A DNA stretch of 38,786 nucleotides, taken from the sequence record SRR31156797_1272, one strand, 5' to 3'. Position numbers and translations under genes: made by a program. Under the pieces are notes generated by a model that ran no database searches, had not been told where the DNA came from, and was given only the letters and a program-made list of their open reading frames with translations. This document shows positions 1-10,518 of the stretch, one piece after another (the stretch's first letter is position 1; each line of letters begins with the position of its first letter).

Positions 1-98
1 GGTTAAACGATCCTCCCAAGGTTCTGGATGAACAAATTCATTCAGTTGAATTTGTTCCCCAAGGTTCAGGATATAGAAATATTAGCGGTTCACAATAG
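1..98 (+). CDS. Probable 3' end of a gene truncated by the window edge (…LNDPPKVLDEQIHSVEFVPQGSGYRNISGSQ*)
   Basis: Frame from nt 3 is open to TAG at 96-98 and is followed by an AT-rich intergenic stretch. Too short to assign a function. Confidence 0.4.
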   Translation, partial: LNDPPKVLDEQIHSVEFVPQGSGYRNISGSQ

Positions 99-177
99 AT
101 AAAATATTGTTGCTATAAGATTGAGGTTTATATTTATAGCCTTTAATCTATTACTATTTGAAGAAAACATCTAACAT

Positions 178-651
178 ATGATAAAATTAAGTGAGCTAAG
201 TTATCGGGAACTGCAAGAGAATGAAATATCATTACTCATCGATTATCGCGTTATGTTTTTAAAAGAATTGCAGGGAGAACAGTTGCCAAAATCTGAACAA
301 GAATTAAGAGAGAGTTTAAAAGAATATTTTAATCATTCATTTAAAAGTAAAACATTTGTGGGGATTGTTGCAGAGTACCATAACCAACCAGTAGGTTTTG
401 GAGGTATGGTCATACAACAAATACCGGGTAATTTTAATTTAATCAACGGTCTTGAGGGATATATCTTAAGCATGTATACATTACCGGAATATAGAAAAAA
501 TGGCATTGCAAAAGAGATACTTGACCGGCTGGTAAAAAGAGGTAAGGATGATGGTTTAGGTAAAATCTATCTGCATGCTTCTGAAAAAGGAATTCATCTA
601 TATCGTCAATATGGTTTTAAAGAACCGGAATTACCTATGTTGGTATTATAA
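178..651 (+). CDS. GNAT family N-acetyltransferase
   Basis: Acetyl-CoA motif A (MYTLPEYRKNGIAK) and C-terminal LHASEKGIHLYRQYGF. Confidence 0.9.
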   Translation: MIKLSELSYRELQENEISLLIDYRVMFLKELQGEQLPKSEQELRESLKEYFNHSFKSKTFVGIVAEYHNQPVGFGGMVIQQIPGNFNLINGLEGYILSMYTLPEYRKNGIAKEILDRLVKRGKDDGLGKIYLHASEKGIHLYRQYGFKEPELPMLVL

Positions 652-905
652 TAATTCAGCCAACATGTAAAATGAAAATATGTAAAGCATGTTAACTATA
701 TGTGCAGTATAATTTGTGTGATATTTTCTATTAAAACCCTGATTAAGTAATGACTAAGCTAAAATAGTGGTGCAAGAAAGAGAAAAATACAGCACTTTAT
801 CATAAATAATCCCAAAAATATCAGTTTTCAATCTCATTTTCTTTTGTATTTTTAGTCCCCGGCTAGGTTATATAATGTATATGGCCAATTAAAATCAAAA
901 TCTAA

Positions 906-2885
906 GTGAAAATGAAAATTATCTACTTATTCCTGCTATCAGCATTGGTATTGGCTTCTTGTGGTCAATCGAAAAGAGCGTATATCCTGTCTCCAAGTGA
1001 AAATGTTGAAACAGTTATTGATGTGAAGGATGGATTATCCTATGCCTTATTGTTGGAACATGATACTATACTTAAACAATCCGATATACATATTGCATTA
1101 AAAGATATTGGGGAACTGGATAATTTTGAAATAGTAGATATTACCAAGCGTAATGTGCTTAATAAATGGGAACGTGTTTGGGGTAAACGAAAAAAAGTAA
1201 GCAATCATTATAATGAGTTACATTTAATTCTCGAGGAACTTGACAAAGGAATTTATATGGATTTATATGTACGTGCTTACGACGATGGTGTAGGTATACG
1301 ATATGGCTTTCCTAAGCAGAATGGTCTTGATTCTATCGATTTAGCAAAGGAGCAAATGCAATTTGTTTTTGCTAAGGATTACCCGGTTTGGAGAGCGGAT
1401 TACAAAAATATGGTATCACCGCAGGAACAGCCCTTTTTAAATGTGCTACTTTCAGATATACAATCGGATCAGTTAATAGGTATGCCATTGTTGGTTCAAT
1501 TAGATAAAAAAGGCTATGCTGTTGTTACGGAGGCTGATTTAACCGATTGGGCGGGTGCTTTTTTAAGAAAGGATACGCGTACTCAAAATACAATGGTTAC
1601 AGAGTTAGCTCATCATCCTAAAGATTCTACCAAGCTGGTGAAAAGAGCAACCCCCAATGTATCGCCATGGCGAGTGATTATGTTGGCAAAAGAAGCCGGA
1701 GGTTTAATTGAGTCGGACATCATTGCCAACCTGAATGATCCGGTTGCACTTGATGATGTTTCGTGGATTCAACCGGGAGCCTCAGCCTGGGACTGGTGGT
1801 GGAGTAATAAATATGCACCAAGTGCTGACTTTGAATTAGGTCCCAATCAGGAAACCATGAAATATTATATTGATTTTGCTGCCGAGATGGGCTGGGCGTA
1901 TCAAATTGTGGATTGGCAATGGTATGGCGAACCGTTTGCCGAAGGTGGAGCTAATCCGGATGTTGATATTACTACTTGTATCGATGGGATTGACATTGAA
2001 TCACTTGTGCAATATGCAAATTCAAAAGGGGTTAAAATAATTCTATGGGCGCACTGGGAGCATTTAAACAAACAAATGGATGAGGCCATGGCCTTATATG
2101 AAAAATGGGGAGTGTCCGGAATTAAAATTGACTTTATGGACAGACAGGATCAGGAGATCGTCAATTTTTATCATACAGTCGTTAAAAAAGCGGCGCAGCA
2201 TAAATTGGTGGTGGATTTTCATGGAGCCTATAAACCAACAGGTGTCAGTAGAACATATCCTAATTTAATAACGCGTGAGGGCGTAATGGGTAACGAACAT
2301 ACCAAATGGGGTAATCAGGTAACTCCCGAGCATAATGTTACTTTGCCATTTACCCGTGGTTTATTAGGTGAGATGGATTATACCCCGGTAGCTTTTCAGA
2401 ATGTGAGGCCGGATGAGTTTGTTACCGAAGATAAGGCAGAGGATCATTGTCCTAAAGTTATGTCTACCCGCTGTCACCAGTTGGCTATGCCTGTGGTATA
2501 CGAAAGTGCCTTCACTGTTTTTTGCGATTCACCCGATAATTATCATACAGGTATTGGTTTGGAGTTTTTAAAAGAAGTACCCACTACATGGGATGATAGC
2601 AAGGTATTAAATGCTTCGGTAGGAAACTATATTACCATGGCTCGTAAATCGGGTGATAATTGGTTTATTGGCAGCATGACAGATGCAGATGAGCGTGAGC
2701 TGGAAATTGATTTGTCCTTTTTAGATGAGGGAGAGTATAAATTAGTTTCTTTTGAAGATGCTCCTAATGCTAATGAAGTTCCTTCTAATGCTGTAAGACA
2801 AGAAAAGGTACTAACACATAAGGACAGTATCCATATTAAGATGGCAAAAGGAGGTGGATTTGTAGCTATGCTTCAAAAAATATAG
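906..2885 (+). CDS. Glycoside hydrolase family 97 lipoprotein (retaining-type, alpha-galactosidase-like)
   Basis: Lipobox LASC. GH97 motifs RAYDDGVGIRY, SPWRVI, SWIQPG, YIDFAA, GIKIDF, DFHG, RTYPNLITREGVMGNE, PFTR..LGEMDYTP, VPTTWD. Start may be ATG at 912 rather than GTG at 906. Confidence 0.93.
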   Translation: MKMKIIYLFLLSALVLASCGQSKRAYILSPSENVETVIDVKDGLSYALLLEHDTILKQSDIHIALKDIGELDNFEIVDITKRNVLNKWERVWGKRKKVSNHYNELHLILEELDKGIYMDLYVRAYDDGVGIRYGFPKQNGLDSIDLAKEQMQFVFAKDYPVWRADYKNMVSPQEQPFLNVLLSDIQSDQLIGMPLLVQLDKKGYAVVTEADLTDWAGAFLRKDTRTQNTMVTELAHHPKDSTKLVKRATPNVSPWRVIMLAKEAGGLIESDIIANLNDPVALDDVSWIQPGASAWDWWWSNKYAPSADFELGPNQETMKYYIDFAAEMGWAYQIVDWQWYGEPFAEGGANPDVDITTCIDGIDIESLVQYANSKGVKIILWAHWEHLNKQMDEAMALYEKWGVSGIKIDFMDRQDQEIVNFYHTVVKKAAQHKLVVDFHGAYKPTGVSRTYPNLITREGVMGNEHTKWGNQVTPEHNVTLPFTRGLLGEMDYTPVAFQNVRPDEFVTEDKAEDHCPKVMSTRCHQLAMPVVYESAFTVFCDSPDNYHTGIGLEFLKEVPTTWDDSKVLNASVGNYITMARKSGDNWFIGSMTDADERELEIDLSFLDEGEYKLVSFEDAPNANEVPSNAVRQEKVLTHKDSIHIKMAKGGGFVAMLQKI

Positions 2886-3062
2886 CATCATTTATGATTT
2901 AATTAAGATTCGATCTAAAATGTATTACTTTTTTGTGATTTTGTATTAATTGCTTACAATAATCACAAGGATTCATTGATTATCTGATAAATTATTATTG
3001 CCTATTTTATCAAATTTGTTGAGATTGAAATAATCTTAATTAGTAATAAGCAGAATTAATTT

Positions 3063-6000
3063 ATGGCAATGAATTCATTAAACACCAAGAGTGGGTGGTT
3101 AATGTTAGTTATTGGAATACTCATTTCTAATCTAACATTGGCGCAAACCTATACAGACGTAACCGACACATACCTTACCAACGCAGGGTTTAATACCAAC
3201 TGTAATTATACAACAGGAGGAACAGGCGCTGTAGCGACAGCTAATCCTGGTAATATGAGTACCGTAAATGGATGGACCATTGGAAATAATCCAATATGGA
3301 GTGCAGCAGGAACTTTCGAATACGGTTGGAATGGAACATTTAATACTATTGCAATGCCTTCATCGGGATACAATGGTGAAAGTGGTTCCGGACAAGGAGC
3401 AATTGGTTTTACAGTAGGATGGAGTGGTAGTATTTATTATATGCAAAGTATTACTTTGCCTATAGGTAAATATGCTATTGTATCGGTTGCTAGTTTTGTG
3501 GATGTTAACTCAATTAGCAGCAACTTAACAGGATGGATACCGGCTAGTGGAGATGCTGTGTTGTCTGACTTAACATCGGTATCAAGCTTAAATACATGGA
3601 TTGCAGATACTATCGAAATAACCTTGGCAGAAGAAACTAATGGTTCTATTCAGGTAGGTATGCAAGCTTTTAATTCTGGTTCAGGTTCAAATACTAAATT
3701 ATTCTTCGATTTTATCCAGATACTGAAAATAGAAGGAGATAAAACTAACTTGCAACAAATCATTAGCGATGCAACTGATATGTTTAATAATCAGGAAAGC
3801 GTCGCTGAGTCATCTACTGTTTATACTGATTTGGAAACAGCGATTTCAAGCGGACAAACAGTTTATGATAATGAAGCAGCTACCGATGAAGAAATTATTG
3901 CTGCCGAAGATGCATTATCATTAGCTATGGAAAATGTAGACAAAGCTGTTTTTGCATATCTACTTAGTACAGCTTCTTACGAGAGTCCTGTGGATGCCAG
4001 TCAAAAGATATATAATCCCGATTTTGAGTTGAATGGAGGAAGCACAGAAGGCTGGACAACAACTTTAGGTATCTATGCAGGTGCAAATGCCGTGTTTAGT
4101 GGAGCTCCAAGTCCAAATAATGTATTGGATGGAGATCCGGATGCAGCCACAGTTGCTTATCAAACTATAAGTGGAATGCCGGCAGGTGTTTATCAAGTAA
4201 GAGCAATAGCACGCGGACGAGTGGAGAACGGACCTCAAATGTTCTTAAGTGCAGAGGCAGGAAGTGTTTTTGGTTCAGCAAACAGAAGCAGTATTGAGGT
4301 AGAAAGAATCGGTGATACAGGAGGAGAACTTGATTATGGGTTTAACCAATATGAATTGCCATTTATTGCGCTTTCAGGATCTGAGGAAACGATCACATTA
4401 GGAGTTTATTTCGAAGGTGACTGTGGATGGTCTAGTGCTGATAATTTTGAGTTGTATTATTATGGCGAAACAGCGCCAATCGTTAGTTTAATAAAAGATG
4501 AAATTACAGCGTTAACCGATTCTTCCGATTTTCCTTCGTCTTATGATCTTACTGAAGTAAATACATTATTAAGTACAGAGTTAACAGAAGAGAATGCGTC
4601 GGTATTAGTAGCGTCATTAAATACGCAGGTAAATACTTTAAGAGCAGAGCTTGCAAAGAATATGGATATTAGCTTATCTGATCTTCAGGTAGATGAATTA
4701 ACAATTAGAGAATTTGCATCTGATACTTATGCTTATGAATATCATACATATAATGCAACAGGAACACCTTCCGAAGTTCCTACAGTAACAGGTGTAGCTA
4801 CAAGTTCTTATGCAAGTGTAAGCGTAACTAAAGCTGATGCAGTGCCTGGTACTACAGAAATTATTGTAACAGCAGGTAATGGTGATCAGGAAACATATAC
4901 AGTAGCTTTTACTTATGACCAACTTACTGCTCAGGAAAACTATACCGTAACACTTAGTTCTTTTGAAAGTACTATGCTTGAATTAAGTGGAATAGGTCAG
5001 TTAACCATTTCCATTGATGCAGCACCGGCTAGTCGTAGTGCTATCAACTTTACATCTAACGATGCCTGGGTTTACTTTCCAAATATGAGACCTTCAGAAG
5101 TGGTAGCATCTCAAACATTGGAGTTTTATGTAAATGGTGAACTGATGGATTGGGGAAGCAACATTAGAATTTCGCCTTATTTAAAAGGTTCCATGGTTAT
5201 TCCTCACTCGTCAACTTATGCAGCACTTACAGCTTATAGCGATATTAGTCGTGGAGGAACAGCTAAAGAATTACAGATTAATCAGTTCTATAAAACAGCG
5301 CAGCTTGGAACAATGAACGACAATATTGAGTCCTTCGTTCTTAAGAAAGGTTATATGGCTACTTTTGCCAGTAACCAAGATGGAACAGGTACAAGTAGGG
5401 TTTATATTGCTGATGATAGTGATGTTATTATCGATTTAATGCCGGAAGGCTTAAGCAATACTGTTTCATTAGTTGTGGTGCGCCAGTGGAGATGGACAAG
5501 CAAAAAAGGATGGAGAGGTAGTATTGAAGATACAGAACGTTTTACTTGTGGTTCTTTTTACGATTACAACAACGTAGCTTATTCTTCGCTTGACTATGAA
5601 TACGTTCCAATGAGATATGGACAATACTGGAATGGACTTTCTAATTTTAATGATAAATGGAATAGTACGCATGCCTTATTCTTAAATGAACCAGGAAATA
5701 CAGCGGATGGTGGTTATACGCCAATGGCAGATGCAATTGCTTTATATCCTGGTATGTTAGCTTCAGGATTACGTGTCGGAACTCCTGCTTGTACAGATGG
5801 TAATTTAAGCTGGTTGTATGAATTTATGGATGAAGTAGAAGCACAAGGACATCGTATCGACTTTGTGGCATGGCATTTTTATAGAGCAGGATATACGGCG
5901 CAGAGTTTATATAATACGCTTAAAGCTGTTCATGATAGAACGGGTCGTCCTATTTGGCTTACAGAGTTTAATAATGGTTGTAACTGGACTTACAATGGTA

Positions 6001-7283
6001 ATGTACCAAGTACAGAGACAAATGGTGATGTAATTGAGTCTTTTGTTCAGATGCTGGATACCACATCATTTGTGGAGCGTTATTTTGTATGGGATGGTTG
6101 TAACGAAACGCTTAGAATGACCAACTCAGGAAACGGTTCATTGTATCCTGCTGGTGAGTTTTATCAAAGTTTTGATTCTGATATGGCATTCTCTGCCGAT
6201 TATTATAATGATATGGAGGCTGCTACTATTCAGGAAAATGCTACAGGATTTTGTAGTATGGATGGAACTATTGAAACAACCTATGCTTACACAGGTTCTG
6301 GTTATGTAAATTCACCAGAAGAAGAAGGCAGTGGTATTGATTATAAAGTCATTTTTAAATCGGAAGGTTATAAAACCATTTCAATCCAATATGCATCAAT
6401 GGGTAATCAATTCGCTAATGTTTTAATTAATGGTGTTGAGGTTGCCAGTGATGTTGAGTTCCCTTCTACGGGTAGCTTGAACAACTATGCCTTACTTCCG
6501 GTAACGGTTTATACAGGAACTGGAATTGCTGATTTACGAATTGAGGCAGCTACATCAACAGGTTTGGCGAATATTGATTTCATTGAATTATCAGAAACAA
6601 GAGTAGCTAGTTGTAGTTTAAACGAAGAAAGTTATCCGGTTATTATCAGTGCTACAGATGAGCAAGAGGGTAATGAGGCAGATAACCTTTTGGATGGAAC
6701 TACACTTACTCGTTGGTCTGCGTATGCATTTCCACAGACAGTAGTTATTGATTATGGTGAAAATAAATCAATTGTTGGTACCAGAATATCTACTTATGAG
6801 AACAGAGCTTACCAATACACCATTGAATTGGATGAGACAGTTTATTTCTCTGACCCATATGTTGTTGACAGAAGTAGTAATACAAGTACATCTCAACCAA
6901 TTTCAGACGATTTTGAAGCAGTAAGTGCCCGATACGTTCGAATTACGGTAACAGGAGCTTCTGGTTATACCGGAGATTGGGCAAGTATTTCCGAGTTTAG
7001 CATAGTGGAAGGTTCTACAAGTGTTAAACCAACTTATGATGCTGTATCTAAAAAGTTAGTTGTATATCCTAATCCGGCAACAGAACAGATAAATGTGGTA
7101 ATTCCTGATCAATTTGAAGATGCTACATTGTATATTTATGGTTCAGGAGGTCAGTTGCTTAAGCAGTATGTACTGAACGAAAGAAATGAACTAATTGATG
7201 TTCATGAATTATCATCCGGTATATATCTACTTAAAGTAGTTAAGGATAACGAAGTGATATCTCAAAAGCTTGTGATTGAATAA
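3063..7283 (+). CDS. Multimodular T9SS-secreted glycoside hydrolase, GH128-like core (beta-1,3-glucanase family), with CBM6/35-like and F5/8-C (CBM32-like) modules
   Basis: Signal peptide. GH-A motifs FLNEP, DFVAWHFY, PIWLTEFN, VERYFVW. CBM-like YTGSGYVN…ANIDFIE. F5/8C DGTTLTRWS…ARYVRITVTG…SISEF. T9SS CTD VYPNPA…GIYLLKV…KLVIE. Confidence 0.8.
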   Translation: MAMNSLNTKSGWLMLVIGILISNLTLAQTYTDVTDTYLTNAGFNTNCNYTTGGTGAVATANPGNMSTVNGWTIGNNPIWSAAGTFEYGWNGTFNTIAMPSSGYNGESGSGQGAIGFTVGWSGSIYYMQSITLPIGKYAIVSVASFVDVNSISSNLTGWIPASGDAVLSDLTSVSSLNTWIADTIEITLAEETNGSIQVGMQAFNSGSGSNTKLFFDFIQILKIEGDKTNLQQIISDATDMFNNQESVAESSTVYTDLETAISSGQTVYDNEAATDEEIIAAEDALSLAMENVDKAVFAYLLSTASYESPVDASQKIYNPDFELNGGSTEGWTTTLGIYAGANAVFSGAPSPNNVLDGDPDAATVAYQTISGMPAGVYQVRAIARGRVENGPQMFLSAEAGSVFGSANRSSIEVERIGDTGGELDYGFNQYELPFIALSGSEETITLGVYFEGDCGWSSADNFELYYYGETAPIVSLIKDEITALTDSSDFPSSYDLTEVNTLLSTELTEENASVLVASLNTQVNTLRAELAKNMDISLSDLQVDELTIREFASDTYAYEYHTYNATGTPSEVPTVTGVATSSYASVSVTKADAVPGTTEIIVTAGNGDQETYTVAFTYDQLTAQENYTVTLSSFESTMLELSGIGQLTISIDAAPASRSAINFTSNDAWVYFPNMRPSEVVASQTLEFYVNGELMDWGSNIRISPYLKGSMVIPHSSTYAALTAYSDISRGGTAKELQINQFYKTAQLGTMNDNIESFVLKKGYMATFASNQDGTGTSRVYIADDSDVIIDLMPEGLSNTVSLVVVRQWRWTSKKGWRGSIEDTERFTCGSFYDYNNVAYSSLDYEYVPMRYGQYWNGLSNFNDKWNSTHALFLNEPGNTADGGYTPMADAIALYPGMLASGLRVGTPACTDGNLSWLYEFMDEVEAQGHRIDFVAWHFYRAGYTAQSLYNTLKAVHDRTGRPIWLTEFNNGCNWTYNGNVPSTETNGDVIESFVQMLDTTSFVERYFVWDGCNETLRMTNSGNGSLYPAGEFYQSFDSDMAFSADYYNDMEAATIQENATGFCSMDGTIETTYAYTGSGYVNSPEEEGSGIDYKVIFKSEGYKTISIQYASMGNQFANVLINGVEVASDVEFPSTGSLNNYALLPVTVYTGTGIADLRIEAATSTGLANIDFIELSETRVASCSLNEESYPVIISATDEQEGNEADNLLDGTTLTRWSAYAFPQTVVIDYGENKSIVGTRISTYENRAYQYTIELDETVYFSDPYVVDRSSNTSTSQPISDDFEAVSARYVRITVTGASGYTGDWASISEFSIVEGSTSVKPTYDAVSKKLVVYPNPATEQINVVIPDQFEDATLYIYGSGGQLLKQYVLNERNELIDVHELSSGIYLLKVVKDNEVISQKLVIE

Positions 7284-7307
7284 AATTGTGCTTGAATAGT
7301 TAATTCT

Positions 7308-7345
7308 AAGGAGCTGTATTTTTAAGAATGCAGCTCCTTTTTTTT
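7308..7345 (+). terminator. Rho-independent terminator after the GH128-like gene
   Basis: AAGGAGCTGTATTTT-TA-AGAATGCAGCTCCTT stem followed by a T run. Confidence 0.85.
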
Positions 7346-7583
7346 GTGCTGTGCATGGTAAACCCCAATTATGCATTTTTATATAATAAAGAAGGTCATG
7401 GGTCAATGGTATATGATTCATGTAGTTTTTTATACATGATATAAGGTGCTCGTCAGATATAAAATCAACGTATTTATTTGCTATAATAATTCACTTTGAA
7501 AACTCAAATGTATATTTTTTGATTAATTATTGCTTATGGAAAGGTAGAAAGTTTGCTTTTGGTTTTTACTCTGAAAAATTACC

Positions 7584-8108
7584 CTAATCCTTTTCCAGGA
7601 GAGCATAAATCACATCATCCATCCATTTGCCATTTATCCAGAGGCTTTCTTTAAAATGTGCTTCCTTTCTAAAGCCAATACGTTCAACAAGTCGGATAGA
7701 GCTTATATTTTCGGGATCGATGGATGCGCTTATGCGATGCTTGTTTAATACATGGAATAAATAGTCTATAACGCTTATTAGTGCTTCTGTGGCATATCCT
7801 TTATTTTGAAATACTTTATTTAGTGTACATCCAATTTCCGCTTGTTTATTTTCACTATCCATAAAGTGAATACCTATGTCGCCAACTATTTTATCAGATG
7901 CTCGCTCAATAATGACCAGTTGAAACCAGGTTTCCGGTACATTCACTTTCTCAGCCACCTTACTGATAAATACTTCAACATCGGCAACGGTTTCCGGTAT
8001 CCATCCCTGGTATTGGTTGGTTTCTTTATCAGAACGATAGGCAAATATCTCATTTTTATCCGCTAAGGATATAGGTCTTAGAAGTAGTCGTTTGGTTGTT
8101 AATAGCAT
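7584..8108 (-). CDS. RimJ/RimL-type GNAT acetyltransferase
   Basis: LTTKRLLLRP, AEIGCTL, FQNKGYATEAL, HRISASIDPENISSIRLVERIGFRKE. Confidence 0.92.
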   Translation of the reverse strand: MLLTTKRLLLRPISLADKNEIFAYRSDKETNQYQGWIPETVADVEVFISKVAEKVNVPETWFQLVIIERASDKIVGDIGIHFMDSENKQAEIGCTLNKVFQNKGYATEALISVIDYLFHVLNKHRISASIDPENISSIRLVERIGFRKEAHFKESLWINGKWMDDVIYALLEKD

Positions 8109-8200
8109 AGTTTTTTAAGTCATTTTAATTTGATCCTAAGAATACTTCTATTTATTTAAGCATAAATAAACAGATAAAAATAATGTAATGCATAGTAAGG

Positions 8201-8692
8201 TTAGGGTGCAAGAATAGCCAATATTTGTTTGGTTACAGTATCGTTGGCCAAACTATTTTTATTTGTCATCAGCATTACTTTTTCAATTTGATCTGTTTGG
8301 GTGAAGTCATTACTACTAGACGAATTTTTGCTTTCAAAAGCAAATATATTCTTGTTATCAAACGCTTTGTTTAGCTTGAAATGATTCACTGAGCTAAAAA
8401 TAAAGAATGCGAAAATAATACCTACAGCTACTTTATACAATGGTATTTTGTAATTGATTATTTCCATTATTATTTTTCTTTTTGTTCTGATTGGTAACTG
8501 AGGAGCCATAGTCTCAACCTCAATATCATTATCAAAGCATGCAGGTAAATTATTTATTGTAGATTTAAACTCATTATACTCAGATTCTGTCATTACTGAT
8601 AAAATGAAATTTTTATCCTTAGTTGATAACTCCTCAAAAACAAACTGTTCAGCCAGTTCAAAGATCTTTTTTTCTTTCTTATCAGAATTCAT
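8201..8692 (-). CDS. Putative single-pass membrane anti-sigma factor
   Basis: Overlaps the ECF sigma stop codon. Small soluble N-terminus, one hydrophobic segment (LYKVAVGIIFAFFIFSSV), short tail. Function inferred from context. Confidence 0.6.
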   Translation of the reverse strand: MNSDKKEKKIFELAEQFVFEELSTKDKNFILSVMTESEYNEFKSTINNLPACFDNDIEVETMAPQLPIRTKRKIIMEIINYKIPLYKVAVGIIFAFFIFSSVNHFKLNKAFDNKNIFAFESKNSSSSNDFTQTDQIEKVMLMTNKNSLANDTVTKQILAILAP

Positions 8693-9242
8693 AATCTTGC
8701 TTTTTTAATAATTTCGATAATTCCTTAATGGTATAAAATAATCTGGATTTGATAGTTCCTTCTGCACAGTCAAATATTACAGCCATTTCTTTTACAGAAA
8801 GATTAAACTTAAATCGTAAAATAATAAGAGCCCGCTTTTCATTGGGTAGCTGTTTAATGTGAGTCCACATTTCATTATTAACAGCATAATCAATTTGATT
8901 ATCAAATAAGCAATTGGCTTCTATGTTTTTTAAATGATCCGAGTATTTATTAAAAACTTTTTCTCTTCTAAACTCATTGTTACACATATTTATAGCCATT
9001 CTAAAAATCCAGGGTTTAAAGCGTTGAGAGCATTTAAAACTAGCTTTGTTTTCAATAAGTTTTAGGAATAAATCGTGCAAAAAATCCTGAGCTTTGTTAT
9101 TATCCTTATGTAAGGCATAATAAAAGTAGTTGACTAATGTTTTTGCATATCGCTGATAAAGCTGATCAAATGCCATTTGGCATTGATCGGCTTTATTCTT
9201 TTGAACTATTTCCATTAATTGTTCGTCAGTCAAAGATTTCAT
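8682..9242 (-). CDS. ECF RNA polymerase sigma-70 factor
   Basis: Region 2 (AFDQLYQRY…AQDFLHDLFLK…FKPWIFRMAINMC) and region 4 (LSVKEMAVIFDCAEGTIKSRL). Confidence 0.93.
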   Translation of the reverse strand: MKSLTDEQLMEIVQKNKADQCQMAFDQLYQRYAKTLVNYFYYALHKDNNKAQDFLHDLFLKLIENKASFKCSQRFKPWIFRMAINMCNNEFRREKVFNKYSDHLKNIEANCLFDNQIDYAVNNEMWTHIKQLPNEKRALIILRFKFNLSVKEMAVIFDCAEGTIKSRLFYTIKELSKLLKKQDYEF

Positions 9243-9251
9243 GAATAGCTG

Positions 9252-10436
9252 TTATTTTAAGATTGATTTCGCATAATCATATGATTCCTGACTAATATTT
9301 TTAGCTATTTTCAATCCTAGCCATTTCATTTTATTAGCTGCATGAATATCTCCGGCTGATGTATAGTAATCGTATAACTTAAAGATACCTGGAATATAAC
9401 TTCTATTTAGGCGGTTAATTGCAGACTGGCTAATGTCGTAACCAAAAGGTTGAGATATGTAATCAAGGGCATATTTATTCTCAAAATTATCGATTAATAA
9501 GGGTATATTATTAATATTACTTTTAGAGTATTCAAAAGCTAGTCCGGTTAAATATAAATTGTCTTCATACCCCTGCACTGCAGAAAGAGGAACACCTAAC
9601 GAAACATAAGTGTGTTGTGTATCTTCATCGATGTTTTCTAATATATGACATGAAATCTCTTTATAAAGGGAGTTAAACTTATTGTTTTGGTCAACTTGTA
9701 AAATGTCTTTAATCCCAATTTTATTAAACATTCTCTGTCTATATTCGGGGTCTGTCAGCATTGGAAGAAGCAATACCGTTACATCCGTTCTAATATTATA
9801 AACATCTTGTAATAACCAAATAGGAAAGGTGTCGTTGTCGCCATATGTAATTAGTATACTATTGGGTTTTAATCCTATTAGTAGGTTGTAACAATAATTA
9901 GTTAAGCCAGGTGATATTTCATTGGTTTCATAAATCTTTTGATTGAATTCTTTTCTTTTTTCGTAATTGCCAACCTTTTCGTAATGGTTAACCATATTGG
10001 GATAGATCTCTGAAATGTCAGGTCTCAATTCGTATGCTTTTTGGAAAAAAGTGAAATTTTCATCAGTCGACTCGTATTTACCTTTTAAATAATAGAATGT
10101 GAATGTATTAGGAATGTTTTCACGAATTAGTTTAAGTAAATCGTCCTTCTTTTTATGAAAGATGGTTTCTTGTAGCCATTCCGTTTCTTTGTTCGTGTCA
10201 AGACTCTTTTCTTTAAAGGTATAATAACTATTTCTATTGGCTTTATAAAAGTTAAACCAAGCCTCTTCATTTTGCTTGTCTTTTTCAATTTCTTTCCACC
10301 ATAATTCAACTTGTTGTGTATAATACTTATGAGGTTTATCCACTTTAGCAAATGAGTATATTTTTTCAGGTTTCTGAGCGGTTAAATATCCAATACTTAA
10401 ACTTATTATCAGGAATATTAAAACAATTTTTCGCAT
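9252..10436 (-). CDS. Secreted hypothetical protein: TPR-like helical N-half plus a segment resembling the extracytoplasmic domain of DUF2723 proteins
   Basis: Signal peptide. FQKAYELRPDISEIY is TPR-like. Motif ILITYGDNDTFPIWLLQDVYNIRTDV. Ends 9 bp before the sigma gene. Confidence 0.6.
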   Translation of the reverse strand: MRKIVLIFLIISLSIGYLTAQKPEKIYSFAKVDKPHKYYTQQVELWWKEIEKDKQNEEAWFNFYKANRNSYYTFKEKSLDTNKETEWLQETIFHKKKDDLLKLIRENIPNTFTFYYLKGKYESTDENFTFFQKAYELRPDISEIYPNMVNHYEKVGNYEKRKEFNQKIYETNEISPGLTNYCYNLLIGLKPNSILITYGDNDTFPIWLLQDVYNIRTDVTVLLLPMLTDPEYRQRMFNKIGIKDILQVDQNNKFNSLYKEISCHILENIDEDTQHTYVSLGVPLSAVQGYEDNLYLTGLAFEYSKSNINNIPLLIDNFENKYALDYISQPFGYDISQSAINRLNRSYIPGIFKLYDYYTSAGDIHAANKMKWLGLKIAKNISQESYDYAKSILK

Positions 10437-10491
10437 TTTCTCTTTTTTAATAGTTTATAATTTGGTGCGCACATTGTCGAATTCAGTATTA

Positions 10492-10518
10492 AATACACGC
10501 TCAAATTTCAAACGTTCA
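10492..10518 (-). promoter_or_regulatory. Candidate ECF promoter (TGAAC-N16-TGTATT) for the 3-gene ECF operon
   Basis: Minus strand reads TGAAC gtttgaaatttgagcg TGTATT, ~55 bp upstream of the 10436 start. AAC -35 box with 16-nt spacer is typical ECF geometry. Confidence 0.5.

Noticed and set aside
7227-7421. 64-aa minus-strand ORF
   Set aside because: It runs through a terminator hairpin and the end of the GH128-like gene, and shows no protein-like features.
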